A stretch of DNA of 52,491 bases, from the NCBI RefSeq assembly GCF_001194135.2, contig NC_068990.1:46430639-46483129 (forward strand). The letters run 5' to 3'. Source of the stretch: Octopus bimaculoides (Eukaryota). Shown here piece by piece: positions 12,785 to 24,508 of this stretch. Position 1 is the first letter of the stretch; each line of letters opens with the position of its first letter. Under the pieces are notes generated by a model. It was not told where the DNA came from, ran no database searches, and worked only from the letters and a program-made list of their open reading frames with translations. The translations under genes were made by a program, and so were the position numbers.

Positions 12785-13662
12785 TATATGTGTGTGTGTG
12801 TGTGTGTATGATGGACTGCTTTCAGTTTCTGTCTACCAAATTCAATTAAGGCTTTAGTTAGCCCAGGGCTATAGTGGAAAGCACTTGCTCAAAGTGCTCT
12901 GCAGTAGGACTGAACCTGGAACTATGCAGTTGGGAAGCAAGCTTCTTACCTCATAGCCATACCTGAATACCTGTACGTATACATACATGCATACATACAT
13001 ACAGACAGACAGACAAACAGGGGTTGGACAAAATAATGGAAACACCTTAAAATTCCAAGCAAACTTATTTTAGTATGGGGTAGGACTGCCTTTAGCAGTA
13101 ATTACAGCTTGAATTCTATGAGGTATGGACTCTCGGAGTGGTTGGCATCCAGCTGTAGAAACTCTGCCAAATCAGATTGGAGCCTGGTGTAGCCATCTAG
13201 TTCACCAGTCTTCAGTCAAATCGTCCAACCCATGCCAGCATGTAAAGCGGACGTTAAACGATGATGATGATGATATATATATAATTCCAAGAAAGTTAGA
13301 GGTTGTGAATCTAACCAACTAAGGGATAATATCTATCCAATATAATGCTGGTAGAATACCCAATTATTAATACACAAATGTTTTTCCATTGCATGGCAAT
13401 TACATTACCGAGTGTAATAAATGGGTGAAGGTAAAGAGTTATTTTATCATTAATTTATAGAGCAATAAGAAAATGGAGGGGATCAATAGGTGGTATTCAT
13501 CAACTTTTAGACATTATATTATATCAATTTATTTATTTATTAAAAGGACAATTATAACAATATGCATACATGTATAACATATGCTTTACATATATAATAT
13601 ATAAAATATAAAAATATCAGTAATTATTAAAATATCTAACATAGAGCAATAGAAATTGGGAT

Positions 13663-13786
13663 ATCTTACAGCTGTTTCAGCCAAGAGGCAATGATACCTC
13701 ATTCTACTTTTATCCCTTCAGTGGACTGAGGTAATTAGTAGATGAAATTGAGGTACTTGGGTGTTTCTCTAGGCTTCGTCAGAGAT
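13663..13786 (-). ncRNA. Type I hammerhead ribozyme with extended stem II
   Basis: Minus strand ATCT-CTGACGA-AGCC(tAGAG)...(CTCTt)GGCT-GAA-ACAGCTGT-A-AGAT. About 100 nt lie between the core halves. Confidence 0.75.
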
Positions 13787-14223
13787 TTTAGAAAGTACAT
13801 AAGGTTAAGTTATAAATATAAATACACACATATATACATACTTTTACATATACATAAATACATATACCTACACTTAATGTACATGTATACAAATGAATCA
13901 ATTATTATTATTAGATGCATTATATTATTCATATTAGATAAAATATAAACAGAGGTATGAGAAAGTTATTATAAGAGGAGTAATATTGTAATTTATAAAA
14001 TCAATATATCTTAAGATTATTTTAGTTATGTAAGAATGAAACTGTATATACATAAGGAATACACATATATATACATATATATGTTGTGTGGTGGCATACC
14101 AGACAGTTTGAGACTGTTGAGGAATTCAACAGGATAATGAACAGCATTGTCCTCATTGACAGCTTTGTCGATAGATTTATAGATGCAACTACCTCCATCC
14201 TACTTCTGTTTCATTCTCTTATT

Positions 14224-14265
<42 letters not shown>

Positions 14266-14275
14266 NNNNNNNNNN

Positions 14276-14542
14276 CACAGGGGGTCCGCAAAGACAAGAC
14301 AGGGGGTCCGTGGACAGCAAATACTTTTTATGGGCAATTTGATTTTATATATGTTTTTTAATTGAAATCTTTTAATTGACAATAAACCTATTTGTTAAAT
14401 ACTGTTAAATAAATAAATGTAAAAATATATGTTATTTTAAGCAAATATTTATGTATAAATTTCATAAGCGTTTAGAAGGGGTCCCTAAGATAAAGCCTGA
14501 AATATAAAGGGGTCCGCAAGTCAAAAAGTTTGAAAACCCCTG
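14276..14542. mobile_element. hAT-like non-autonomous element, right end
   Basis: Repeated GGGGTCCG subterminal motifs and terminus TTTGAAAACCCCTG; left end lost in gap or (CT)n. Confidence 0.55.
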
Positions 14543-15102
14543 CTTTAAAGCCATGCCCCCACTCCCTCTCCCAGCTGAGAGGTATTGTCATGAAGCTGCT
14601 GGTACCATGTAAAACGCACTTTTGCCAGTGTCACATAAAATGCACTCATCCATGAAATAACACTAGTGCTGGTGCCATGTAAAAAGCACCCAGTATATTC
14701 TGTAAAATGGTCAGCAAATTATCCACTGGCTTTGCAGCTTTAAAAATGTTTGAAATAAAAGATCTCTTACATAAAAAAAAAGCAGGTAAAGGTTAGTGAC
14801 AGGAAGGGCATCCAGCTATAAAGCAATGCCTCAATTGTACATTCACTTAACCCACGCTGGAATGAGAAAAAGGATGTAAAAATGAATGAATGAACAAATT
14901 GTTTTTACCTTTTTCTCCTGCCTGTACCAATTGGTAGAAACAGGAGAAAACCCTTCTGTTTTGCTATTTTGAAAATTGAAACTCAAAATAAAAACAAAGA
15001 ATTCAAAGTACAATAAGACTCAGATTTCTGTTTTTGATATTAACATTATTGCTATGTTAATGCTTTGTTTTATGCTGGAATTATCTTTTCATCTCATTTT
15101 AG

Positions 15103-15358
15103 GTCACGATTAAGGTGTCGCTTAAAACTGACATGATAGGGCATACCCTTTCATATCCTGTGGTTCCAGAGCGTACATATACATTGCCATCATGTCCTGC
15201 TGGTGCCACGAAGACGCCGCTCCCTACACTTCAGCCATGCCATGCACCACGGTTCGATTCTCATACAAGCCAACATGAACTACCTCACCCTCAGCAGCAG
15301 CACCACCACCACCATAGTGAAGAGACTCATTCCCCAAAAATACGATACATCAAATCAG
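15103..15358 (+). CDS. Exon D: end of N-terminal domain plus Pro/Thr- and His/Gln-rich linker
   Basis: Acceptor cattttag|; only phase 0 is open. Reads VTIKVSLKTDMIGHTLSYPVVPERTYTLPSCPAG...PHPQQQHHHHHSEETHSPKIRYIKS. Donor CAG|gttgag, phase 1. Confidence 0.8.
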
Positions 15359-15549
15359 GTTGAGTATACCTTCCATCTCTATCAGCATAATTATGAATAT
15401 TGCATCAAGACTGTCATTGCTACATTGTTATGTAAATGCCATCACCACCACCATCATCATCATTGTTATCACTTTAGATATTGCACTTCTGTGTTTCTGT
15501 TTAAGATTGTCTGTTTTCGTTTAAGTCCGTTTGTCTGTTTGTCTCTCTT

Positions 15550-15583
<34 letters not shown>

Positions 15584-15621
15584 CTCACTTGTGTTTTCAT
15601 TTCTTCTTGCTTCACTTCCAG

Positions 15622-15756
15622 TCACCTATGGTAAACTATGCAATCCTAAATCGGTATATTCTTGTGAGAAAAATGAAATCTGTACTTTTGAGAATAAATG
15701 TGAATGTCAGCCAGGGCTGGTGATGAACCAATTTTCAGGATTCTGTGATGTATCTG
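15622..15756 (+). CDS. Exon E: EGF-like six-cysteine module
   Basis: Acceptor cttccag|. Symmetric phase 1-1 exon of 135 bp reading VTYGKLCNPKSVYSCEKNEICTFENKCECQPGLVMNQFSGFCDVS (C-x7-C-x5-C-x5-C-x-C-x12-C). Donor G|gttagt. Confidence 0.85.
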
Positions 15757-16403
15757 GTTAGTGAAATTTTTTTTTCTATTGCTTTATACTATCAAGTGTG
15801 CACCAATAGGATTGAAGTGCTACTAATTTCCATGCCAGGTCAATGAAAAGATTTGAACCTAGTAACTGTTGATGAAACATTTTGAAGATCTTATGCAATA
15901 AAATATTAGGATCTGGGTATTGTTCACTGCAGTAAGCTTACAATAATCTTGTGGAGTTACATTGGTGACCTCTTAAAAATGCTGTGAGCCTACAATCATC
16001 TGTATGGGGTTATTCTTGTGATCCCTTAATAATTGCAAAGTTCCTACAATCATCTTGATGTGCTTATGCTGGTGATCCCTCAAAACTTTGCCCACTGTAC
16101 CTTTCAGAGTCAGCTTTCAACACCTGAACTGAAATGGACTACAGAACTCTCACAAATATGTTATTGTTTGCTGTTACTGATTGAGCAAGTCTATGTTCCA
16201 AAGACATTCTAGATGTGACCATCTTGTCTTTTTGTGCATCTAAGACTAGTGTATCTTTCCTTTCTTAAGATGATAGAATGTAATTTGAAAATAATTTGAC
16301 TGCCATTCCTAACAGGTTGAGCTACTATATAGTGACTCTTATTGGCTTGTCTTAAATAGAAATTCTCAAAAATGTCATTATTTTACTAATTTAACTTTTT
16401 TAG

Positions 16404-16442
16404 ATGCCAAACGTGGAAGTCCTACAAAGCCTATACTGTCTA
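16404..16442 (+). CDS. Exon F: 39-bp linker exon
   Basis: Acceptor tttttttag|, donor A|gtaagt, phase 1-1. Reads DAKRGSPTKPILS. Confidence 0.7.
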
Positions 16443-17189
16443 GTAAGTAGAACTGTTTTCATATTTGCATAATATATGTGTGAATGTGTATTTATCTTTT
16501 ACTGTTTAGATATTGACATTCAGCACTTTAGTAGATTAATACCTTCATCACTGCAAATTGAGCTTTTAGATTTGCTAGGACCACAGTTTTTGCAATAACC
16601 TAAATGGGTAGATACATTCATTCAACTGTAATATGGCTTTCTAGAAAGAAAGCTTTCTCTATCGAGAGGTTAAGAAGACAATTTGAGTGAGCAGTTTTAA
16701 CTATCTTAAGCAAATATTTTCCACATAACACATCCCAGATGAACATGACACAGTAGATCAAACAAGCTAATATTATCAACATTATAATTACATGTATATT
16801 CTGTATTGCCCTTGCTCACTATGTCCCTAAGAATTCCCACCTCACAACGTGGATCAGCAAATTTCATTAGCATATAAAGTTGTTCAAATGTTAACTTCAG
16901 AGCTAGCCAGAAGCTGCTGTACTTGTCTTATTTTTCATTTTTGTTGCTCATTCTTCTGGTTCTTTTCAAGTATATAATACACATTTATGTTTAAAAAAAA
17001 CCTTCAAAAGCAACTTGCAAGCTCATTAAAAATCTACTAATCAATCCAAAATGAAAATGACTAGCTTTAGGTAAAGGGAGTTTCTGAATTCAGTAAGGCA
17101 ATCTTTCTTATATTAGTGTCACAGTAAAGACTACAATCCTGTTTTTTTTTTGTACTTTCTGTGGTAGGCCAAACACATTGCCTGATTTA

Positions 17190-18200
17190 ACACTAGCAGA
17201 GATACCTGGCATTGCTCGGGATTAAAATGGCATAGTTCATATACATATTACAGTTCTGTTGAAACAGATGATACAGGAAAGTGCAGCATTGATGACAAAA
17301 CATTTGTGGAGTAAATAATGCGATAATTCGACTAAGCAACATGTCATGCGTCTATTTGGAATATTTCAGGCTCTAACTTGTCATGGAAAATTGGGGGAGG
17401 GGAGCATGCCTTTGCTAATCTCGAGAAAGTTTCATCTTGCTTCTGTCTTCAGAATCCATCTGACATGCTGCAGCATGCCTTTGGTGATCTTGAGAAAGTC
17501 TCATCTTGCTTCCGTCTTGAGACTCCATCTGATGTGCTGCTGCATGCATTTGCTGATCTTGGGAGAGTCTCATCTCCTTTCTCTATTGAGACTCCATATA
17601 TTTATGGGTAAATATGTAAATTGTAAATACCTTGCAACTTCTGCAATAATTATGAACTGGTAATTGAATGGTAAATGTGTATTTTTATATACCATGGACT
17701 TGCCACCTAATTGTTTTGTTAAAGAGTTTCACCTCCAGCCGTTCGTCATGTCAGTCAACACACATACACTGACGCATCATTCCGCTGTTATGACAATAAG
17801 AACAGAAAGTTGCTGATGCATAATGTTGTTCACATTAGGATATAAATTGTTCATCTATTTATCACAGTAAAATTAAAAGTGAAAGAATAAAAGTGTAACA
17901 ATCTTGTAAGCTTAAAATGAAAAGTGAAACAATATTATGACATTACAATATAGATCTTATTCTTTCACTTTTGACATGTAATACTGAATCAGTGCCAATG
18001 TTGTTTTAATTCAAATGAAAAAAAATTACTCATTGACACTCATGGGATCTCATACTATTACCTTGTAAAATTTCATTTGATTTGGTTGAGTTGTTTGAGA
18101 ATTTGTAGGGAGCAGATAGACAGGCAAAGAAGACAAAGAAGTCAATTTGTAGACAACTTACAAACCCCATTTGAGTGTATAAAGCTCTAGAAGAAAATAG
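17190..18200 (-). mobile_element. Helitron-derived relic containing three 69-bp (23-aa) STPR-like repeats (17404-17600)
   Basis: Minus frame MESQ*RKEMRLSQDQQMHAAAHQ-MESQDGSKMRLSQDHQRHAAACQ-MDSEDRSKMKLSRD*QRHA. Left end ACTAGCAGAGATACCTGGCATTGCTCGGG resembles Helitron-like element ends. Boundaries approximate. Confidence 0.55.
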
Positions 18201-18888
18201 CCTGAGTGAAAAAACTTGAGCTGCTTTAGGATAGCTTCTTCTAACGCATGACTGCTCAGTGGCATGGTTGATATCTTATTGGTTTTAGCTTATTGGCTGT
18301 ATGTGGCCCATAGCGGTCATATGTACACATGCATGACCACACTACAACATTTTTTGATAGAGGGAGAAATGTAAATAGTATATTTAGATAGATGGTGTGC
18401 AAAACATTTTAAATAAGTAATATTGTAGGGAGAACATACAAATACCATAAAGACAAAGATATTTATGCATGACAAAATTGAAATACACTCAAGTCAACTT
18501 TTAGGCAGATGTGACAAAACTGAATTTAAACACACTGGGTGAACAAAAATTTAAAATAACTAAATTATTTTTCTCAGAGAAAATACGAAAACCGTAGCAG
18601 AGATTTTTACACATGACTAATTTAAATACATGGAAGTCAATTTTTAGACTGAAGTTAGTAAGTGTGTGAGTGAATTAGAGAGAGAGAGAGAGAAACTAAA
18701 AGAGAGGAACTATTACAGAGGGTGAGAGGGAATATGTGTAAGCAAGAGAAACAGAGAATTAGAAAAAGAGAGATAAGGGAGAGAATCGGTTTAAAACTGC
18801 TGAAGTTTTTAGAGAAAAACCTGTGTAAAATACTGTTTTTCCTGGCTTCTTGCTTTACACAGGAGCTCTGGGCAAAATGTTATAGTGC

Positions 18889-20597
18889 TGAAGAATTCCA
18901 CATAGGGGTCCGCCAAGGATCAGACCTCAGTCCCTGCTTATTCATCATAGTCCTCCAGGTGATAACAGAGGAATTCAAGCCCTTGGAAGCTTCTCTATGC
19001 TGATGACCTTGCTCTAATAGCTGAGTTGCTATCAGACTTAGAGAAGTTTCAGGTGTGGAAGCAAGGACTAGAATCGAAAGGCCTTAGAGTCAGCCTAGCT
19101 AAAACCAAAGTCCTAATAAGTAGGAAGGTAGAAAAAACACAAACCCCTTCAGGTAGATGGCTCTGCTCGATCTGTAGAAAAGGCGTAGGTAGAAACTCTA
19201 TAAGATGTACCCAGTGCAAGCTATGGACACATAAGAGGTGCAGCAATATCAAAGGAAGGTTAACTAGGAAGTTAGTTTTTGTATGTAGCAGATGTTCAGG
19301 AGCTATAAACACTGTAAATGTGCTGAAAACAACTTCTGCCACATTCCAGGGAGAAAAACTAGAAGTGGTTGATANNNNNNNNNNNNNNNNNNNNNNNNNN
19401 NNNNNNNNNNNNNNNNNNNNNNNNNNNNNNNNNNNNNNNNNNNNNNNNNNNNNNNNNNNNNNNNACCAAGTTAGTAGTGGGGGAGGGTGCGCTGAAAGTG
19501 TAGCTGCTAGAATAAGAATAGCCTGGGCAAAGTTCAGAGAGCTCTTACCTTTGCTGGTGACAAAGGGTCTCTCTCAGAGTAAAAGGCAGACTATATGACG
19601 CATGTGTACAAACAGCCATGCTTCATGGCAGTGAAACATGGGCCGTGACTGTTGAAGAGATGTATAGGCTCGCAAGGAATGAAGCCAGTATGCTCCGATA
19701 GATGTGTAATGTCAGTGTGCATACTAGACAGAGTGTAAGTACCTTGAGAGAAAAGTTGAACCTAAAAAGCATCAGTTGTGGTGTGCAAGAGAGACGATTG
19801 CGCTGGTATGGCCATGTGGCGAGAATAGATGAGGATACGCTGCGTGAAAAAGTGCCACACCCTAGCAGTTAAGGGAACCTGTAGAAGAGGTAGGCCCAAG
19901 AAGACCTGGGCTGAGGTGGTGAGGCACGACCTTTGAATATTGGGCCTCACCGAGGCAATGACTTCTGACCGAGACCTTTGGAAATATACTGTGCGTGAGA
20001 AGACCTGGCAAGCCAAGTGAGACCTAAATTCAAGGCCTCTGCCAGGGGTGTAGCCAGCCCACTTATGCGTACCTTTCCTTCTTTGGACACTAAACTCCGC
20101 TTGCGAAGACTTGTTGAAGCAAGTGAAATTGAAATCGAACTAAATTCGATGACTGGCACCCATGCCGATGTCGTCTCCTTCATTGGACACGAAACTCAGC
20201 TTGTGAAGACCTGTTGGAGCAAGTGAAAGCGAAATCGTGATGGTACCTGTGCCCAGCGTCGCCTTCCTGGCACTTGTGCACGTGGCATGTGTAAAGACAT
20301 TTGAGCGAGATTGTTGCCAGTACCGCTGGACTGGCTCTTGTGCAGGTGGCACATAAAATACACCATTTTGAGCGTGGCCGTTGCCAGTACCGCCTGACTG
20401 GCCTTCGTGCCGGTGGCACGTAAAAGCACCCACTACACTCTCGGAGTAGTTGGCATTAGGAAGGACATCCAGCTGTAGAAACTCTGCCAAATTAGATTGG
20501 AACTTGGTGTAGCCATCTGGTTCACCAGTCCTCACTCAAATCGTCCAACCCATGCTAGCATGGAAAGCGGACGTTAAACGATGATGATGATGATGAT
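18889..20597 (+). mobile_element. 5'-truncated RTE-clade LINE: RT with embedded PHD finger, 3' UTR and (GAT)n tail
   Basis: GVRQGSDLSPCLFIIV, LLYADDLAL, GLRVSLAKTKVL, C4HC3 finger CSIC..CTQC..HKRC..CSRC, ARIRIAWAKFRELLPLL; frameshifts and stops; tail at 20580-20597. Confidence 0.92.
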
Positions 20598-21498
20598 ATA
20601 GGACAGACTTCTTTTGAAGTTGAAAATTTTTTGGCCTAGGATACTGCATAGAACTTAAAAGTAAGGCATGTGTAAAATTTGGTAAAATTCGGTTGAAAAT
20701 TGTAGGAGTAGAAGTGGTTCACACAACACACAGACAGACAATTTGCCTTTTAATATATAAGATAGATAACTTTGATATGTGAGTGCCTTCACTCTGTTGC
20801 AAGTTCCCAGATACCTCAGTTGAGGATAACAAAGGCATTTATTGTTCTACTGTTCATAGTAGTGTCAATAATCATGATAATACGATGATATCAGTGGAAA
20901 TAGAATAGGGATCTGAACCCATGGGTAATGCTTCAAGAGGTTTCTTTATTTTCTGGCATATAAAATAATGTCTCTTCTCTCTCAATTTGTGACAGTTGAT
21001 ACATTGTTTTGAATAAATTATGCATTATCTTGTAGCTTCTAGATTTCAGTGATGTGGTTGTTTATTTTTAGAATGACATTATAGTGTTGGTGTGAGAGGT
21101 TGGATCAGGCCTGTTTGAACATAAGACAGAACATTTGGGCCAGATATTACCACTTTAAATGATAGTGTCAAATCTGTGATGTTTCAGCAAAACAAAAAAA
21201 AAGAAAAAAATCACTTGAATTATTTTCTCATATGCAGTTTATCATATCTAACACTTAGTTTAGTTTATTTTGAAAATAATGAAGAATTTAGCAAGATAAT
21301 TATTGTTATTCAACTGGTGTTTAGAACATAAATTGGTTTAAAATTTTGATGGAAGGTCTTCATTTTAGATAATTTCAAAGCAAAAAATTTGTCATAGAAT
21401 TAGAGGCAGTTTCTGACAGGTTGGTATCAAAAGAGTTAATGTACTCCTCTTTAATTTAATTTTTTCCAAAATTTCAATGATCATATTTTCTCTTTTAG

Positions 21499-21600
21499 TT
21501 TCTTCTCCAGCTTCCAGATCAATGCATCATCCTGACCATTTGATACAGAATACTGATACTCCCCTCTTGACAGAAAATGCTGTGAATTCAACAGTGAAAA
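21499..21600 (+). CDS. Exon G: Ser/Thr-rich stalk with probable GC donor
   Basis: Acceptor tcttttag| (in-frame alternative at 21511). Reads ISSPASRSMHHPDHLIQNTDTPLLTENAVNSTVK. Only AA|gcaagt gives the phase 1 needed for the last exon. Confidence 0.55.
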
Positions 21601-24365
21601 GCAAGTATTTTATAAGATTTCTCTCTGTTATTAACTGATTTAATGTCCTATTTTCAAATATGACCATCAGTGTCATATGATTGTTTAACCTGTCAAGGAT
21701 ATTTTATATCCAAGTCAGGATTTTCATGAGCATGAGAATTCTAAATAATGGTTGCAAATTTTGGCACAAAGAGAGTAGTTTTGGAGTTGGTGGGGTGCTT
21801 GTCAATTACATTGACCCCAGTGCTCAACTGGTACTTATTTTATTGACTCCAAAAGAATGAAAGGCAAAGTCAACCAGAAGTCTTTTTTTTTTTTTTTTTC
21901 AATCATTTATTTGGAGTGAAGAGTGGTATACACAACCTTTTACCTTTCAGATCATCCAAGACAAGTGGCTGAAAATGGAGAAGTTATCTTCAAAGCAGTG
22001 ATCTGGCCTAAATGTTCTGACCAAATTAGCTTCACCTGAACAGAGTGAACCTGACACCTGAGAGTTAGGTGGTGCTGGTAGACCAGTCATTGAGTTAAAT
22101 CTGCCAACTAAGAACTTGAACCACAAAGAGCTGGAACAAATACTGCAAGCCATCTTATCTAACACTACAACAATTCTACCAATCCAACACCCTGGAATGG
22201 TACTTTATTTTATTACATGACTGAAACTTCTGGAAGAGAGCAAGGCTTCTGGCAGTTTGCTGTGCTTGAGAAGACATGACAAGCTAAGTAAACTCATGAC
22301 CATCCATACATACAGGCATGTCCTTTATGGTCATGCTTCTTACTCCCTCTCTCAGCTGAGAGGACCTTGTCTTCTGAGCACACGGGTTCTGGTGTCATGT
22401 AGACAGCACCCGTACCAGTGCTGTGTAAAAAGTATCCATGCTGGTACCCCAAAAATGCACCCATGCCAGTGCTACATAGAAAGCACCTGCGCTGTCACCA
22501 TGTAATAACACTGGTGCTGGTTCCACATAAAGTACCCAGTACACTCTGTAAAGTAGTTGGTGTTAGGAAGGGCATCCAACTGTAGAAACCATGACAAAAC
22601 AGACAATTGGAATTTGGTGCAGCTCTCTGGCTTGCCAGCTCCTGTCAAACCATCCAACCCATGCCAACATGGAAAACAGATGTTAAAGGATGATGAAACC
22701 CTGAAAGGATAAAAGCATAATTCATCTTGGTGAGAAGTGAACTCAGAATACAAAGATCCAAAACAAATACTGTAGGGTATTTTACCCAATGCTCTAATGA
22801 TTTTGCCAATTTACTGTGTAATCATTAGCTTTTAGTCCTCTATTTCTCTCAGCTCCCTTGTTATGTTAAGTTCATTAGGGAACTGAAAATAATCCAATTA
22901 CCTGACATAAAGAGGATTGCTTCTATACGACAATGGATTTAATTAAAGGGGTTGAAAGCTTCTGCTCCTTGGAGTGGAGAAGGGAGACTGACAAAGTGAT
23001 TTTTTTTTTACATTTGGATGGTATGGCATGAAACTTTGGCATTGAAAGCAATGCATATTTCTTGACTGGTCACCACTTTACACTGTTAGTATGATATATA
23101 GCAATCTCCTGGAAAACAAAGCTCTTCAACTCTTTTAATATTCTCTCTAAAAACATAAGATCTGACTGTAGATAGATGTTGGTGCATTACAATAACACTT
23201 GAACAATGTACTGTTGTGTAAGGTCTTAGATAGGGTCTACCTCACAAGCAAGAAATGCTGAGAATGGTAATGGAATTACGCACCTTATTCATTTCACAGA
23301 AACAAGAAACACCATTGATATGTGTATTAATTTGCATACTTATATAGGTGCAGGCAAGGCTGTGTGGTTAAGAATTTTGCGTCACAACCATGTGGTTTCA
23401 GTTTCAGTTCCACTGCACAGCACCTAGGGCAAATGTTTTCTACTATAGCCCCAGGGCAGCCAAAGCCACATGAATGGATGTGATAGACGGAAACTGAAAG
23501 AAACTTGTATGTACGTACGTATGTATGTGTATTTGTGAATATTTGAGTATTCATATCACCTGCTCTTGGCTTTGCATGCTAGTTGTAAACAAAATGTCAG
23601 TATCTGCACTGCTTGAAACCTTCAGCAAATGTCTTCTGCTATAGACCTGGGTTGACCAAAGCCTTGTGAATGAATTTCATAGAAGGAATCTAAAAGAAGT
23701 CCTTCGTGTATATATGTGTCACTGTGTTTTGATTGTCTCTCACTACCATTTGACAACTGGTTTGGGTTTGTTTATGTCATTACAACTGAGAGACTTGACA
23801 AAAGATACTGATAGAATAAATACCAGGCTTAGAAAGTGAGTACAGGAGTTGATTTGGTTAATTAAACCCTTCAAGGTGATGTTCCATCATTGCTGAAGTC
23901 CAGTGAATGATAAAAGATAAAAGATCATACAAGTAGCGTTTCTCTTTTGCAATCTTCTATGGAAACGTACAGGTATTGTGCTGCTTTGTGTTTGAAGGAC
24001 TAGGGGAAATAAATTGGTGAGGTTGGTGATGGGAAGGGCATTCAGCTTTAGAAAATCTGCTTCAATTGATTTCGTGTGACCCAGGTATGCATAGGAAAGT
24101 GGATGTTCAAATGATGATAATAATGATCACATTTATCTTTTGCTCATTAATGTTGATAAGTAAATGAGCAAAAACATTTGTGGTCCACAAATCATTTGCT
24201 TAAATCTGCAAAACAAGAAACCTTATGTGTTGAATTTTATTGTTTGTTTTTTTATTCAATATACAATTCTAATTCTGTATTGCCTTGATATTCCCTCATA
24301 TAATGCCGTTTTTCTGTCCCCATAAATGCTTCTCTCTCTCTCAATGTATTTTCTTTGTTTTACAG

Positions 24366-24508
24366 ATAGTGCCCTTATCACAGGATTATCTGTTGGAGCT
24401 GCTGTTCTGCTTGTTACCATCATCTTGGTGGCCTTTATCATTTGGAAACGCCAGAATAATCAGACCAGTCATGTTCCATTAATTGACAATGAGGAAGTTG
24501 TTATTTAA
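24366..24508 (+). CDS. Last coding exon H: transmembrane helix and short cytoplasmic tail
   Basis: Acceptor ttgttttacag|, phase 1. Reads xSALITGLSVGAAVLLVTIILVAFIIW-KRQNNQTSHVPLIDNEEVVI-TAA: hydrophobic run followed by KR stop-transfer. AATAAA motifs near 24847-24857. Confidence 0.88.

Noticed and set aside
15203-15634. 143-aa ORF with poly-Thr and poly-His
   Set aside because: Alternative frame of exon D; closed by TAG at 15137-15139 before the acceptor and runs into intronic microsatellites.
17378-17611. Plus-strand 23-aa repeat ORF as an extra exon
   Set aside because: No convincing splice sites; better explained as the antisense of a Helitron STPR relic.
21951-22040. Possible exon after cctttcag (HPRQVAENGEVIFKAVIWPK...)
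   Set aside because: All three frames hit a stop before a good donor, and it is not needed for phase continuity.
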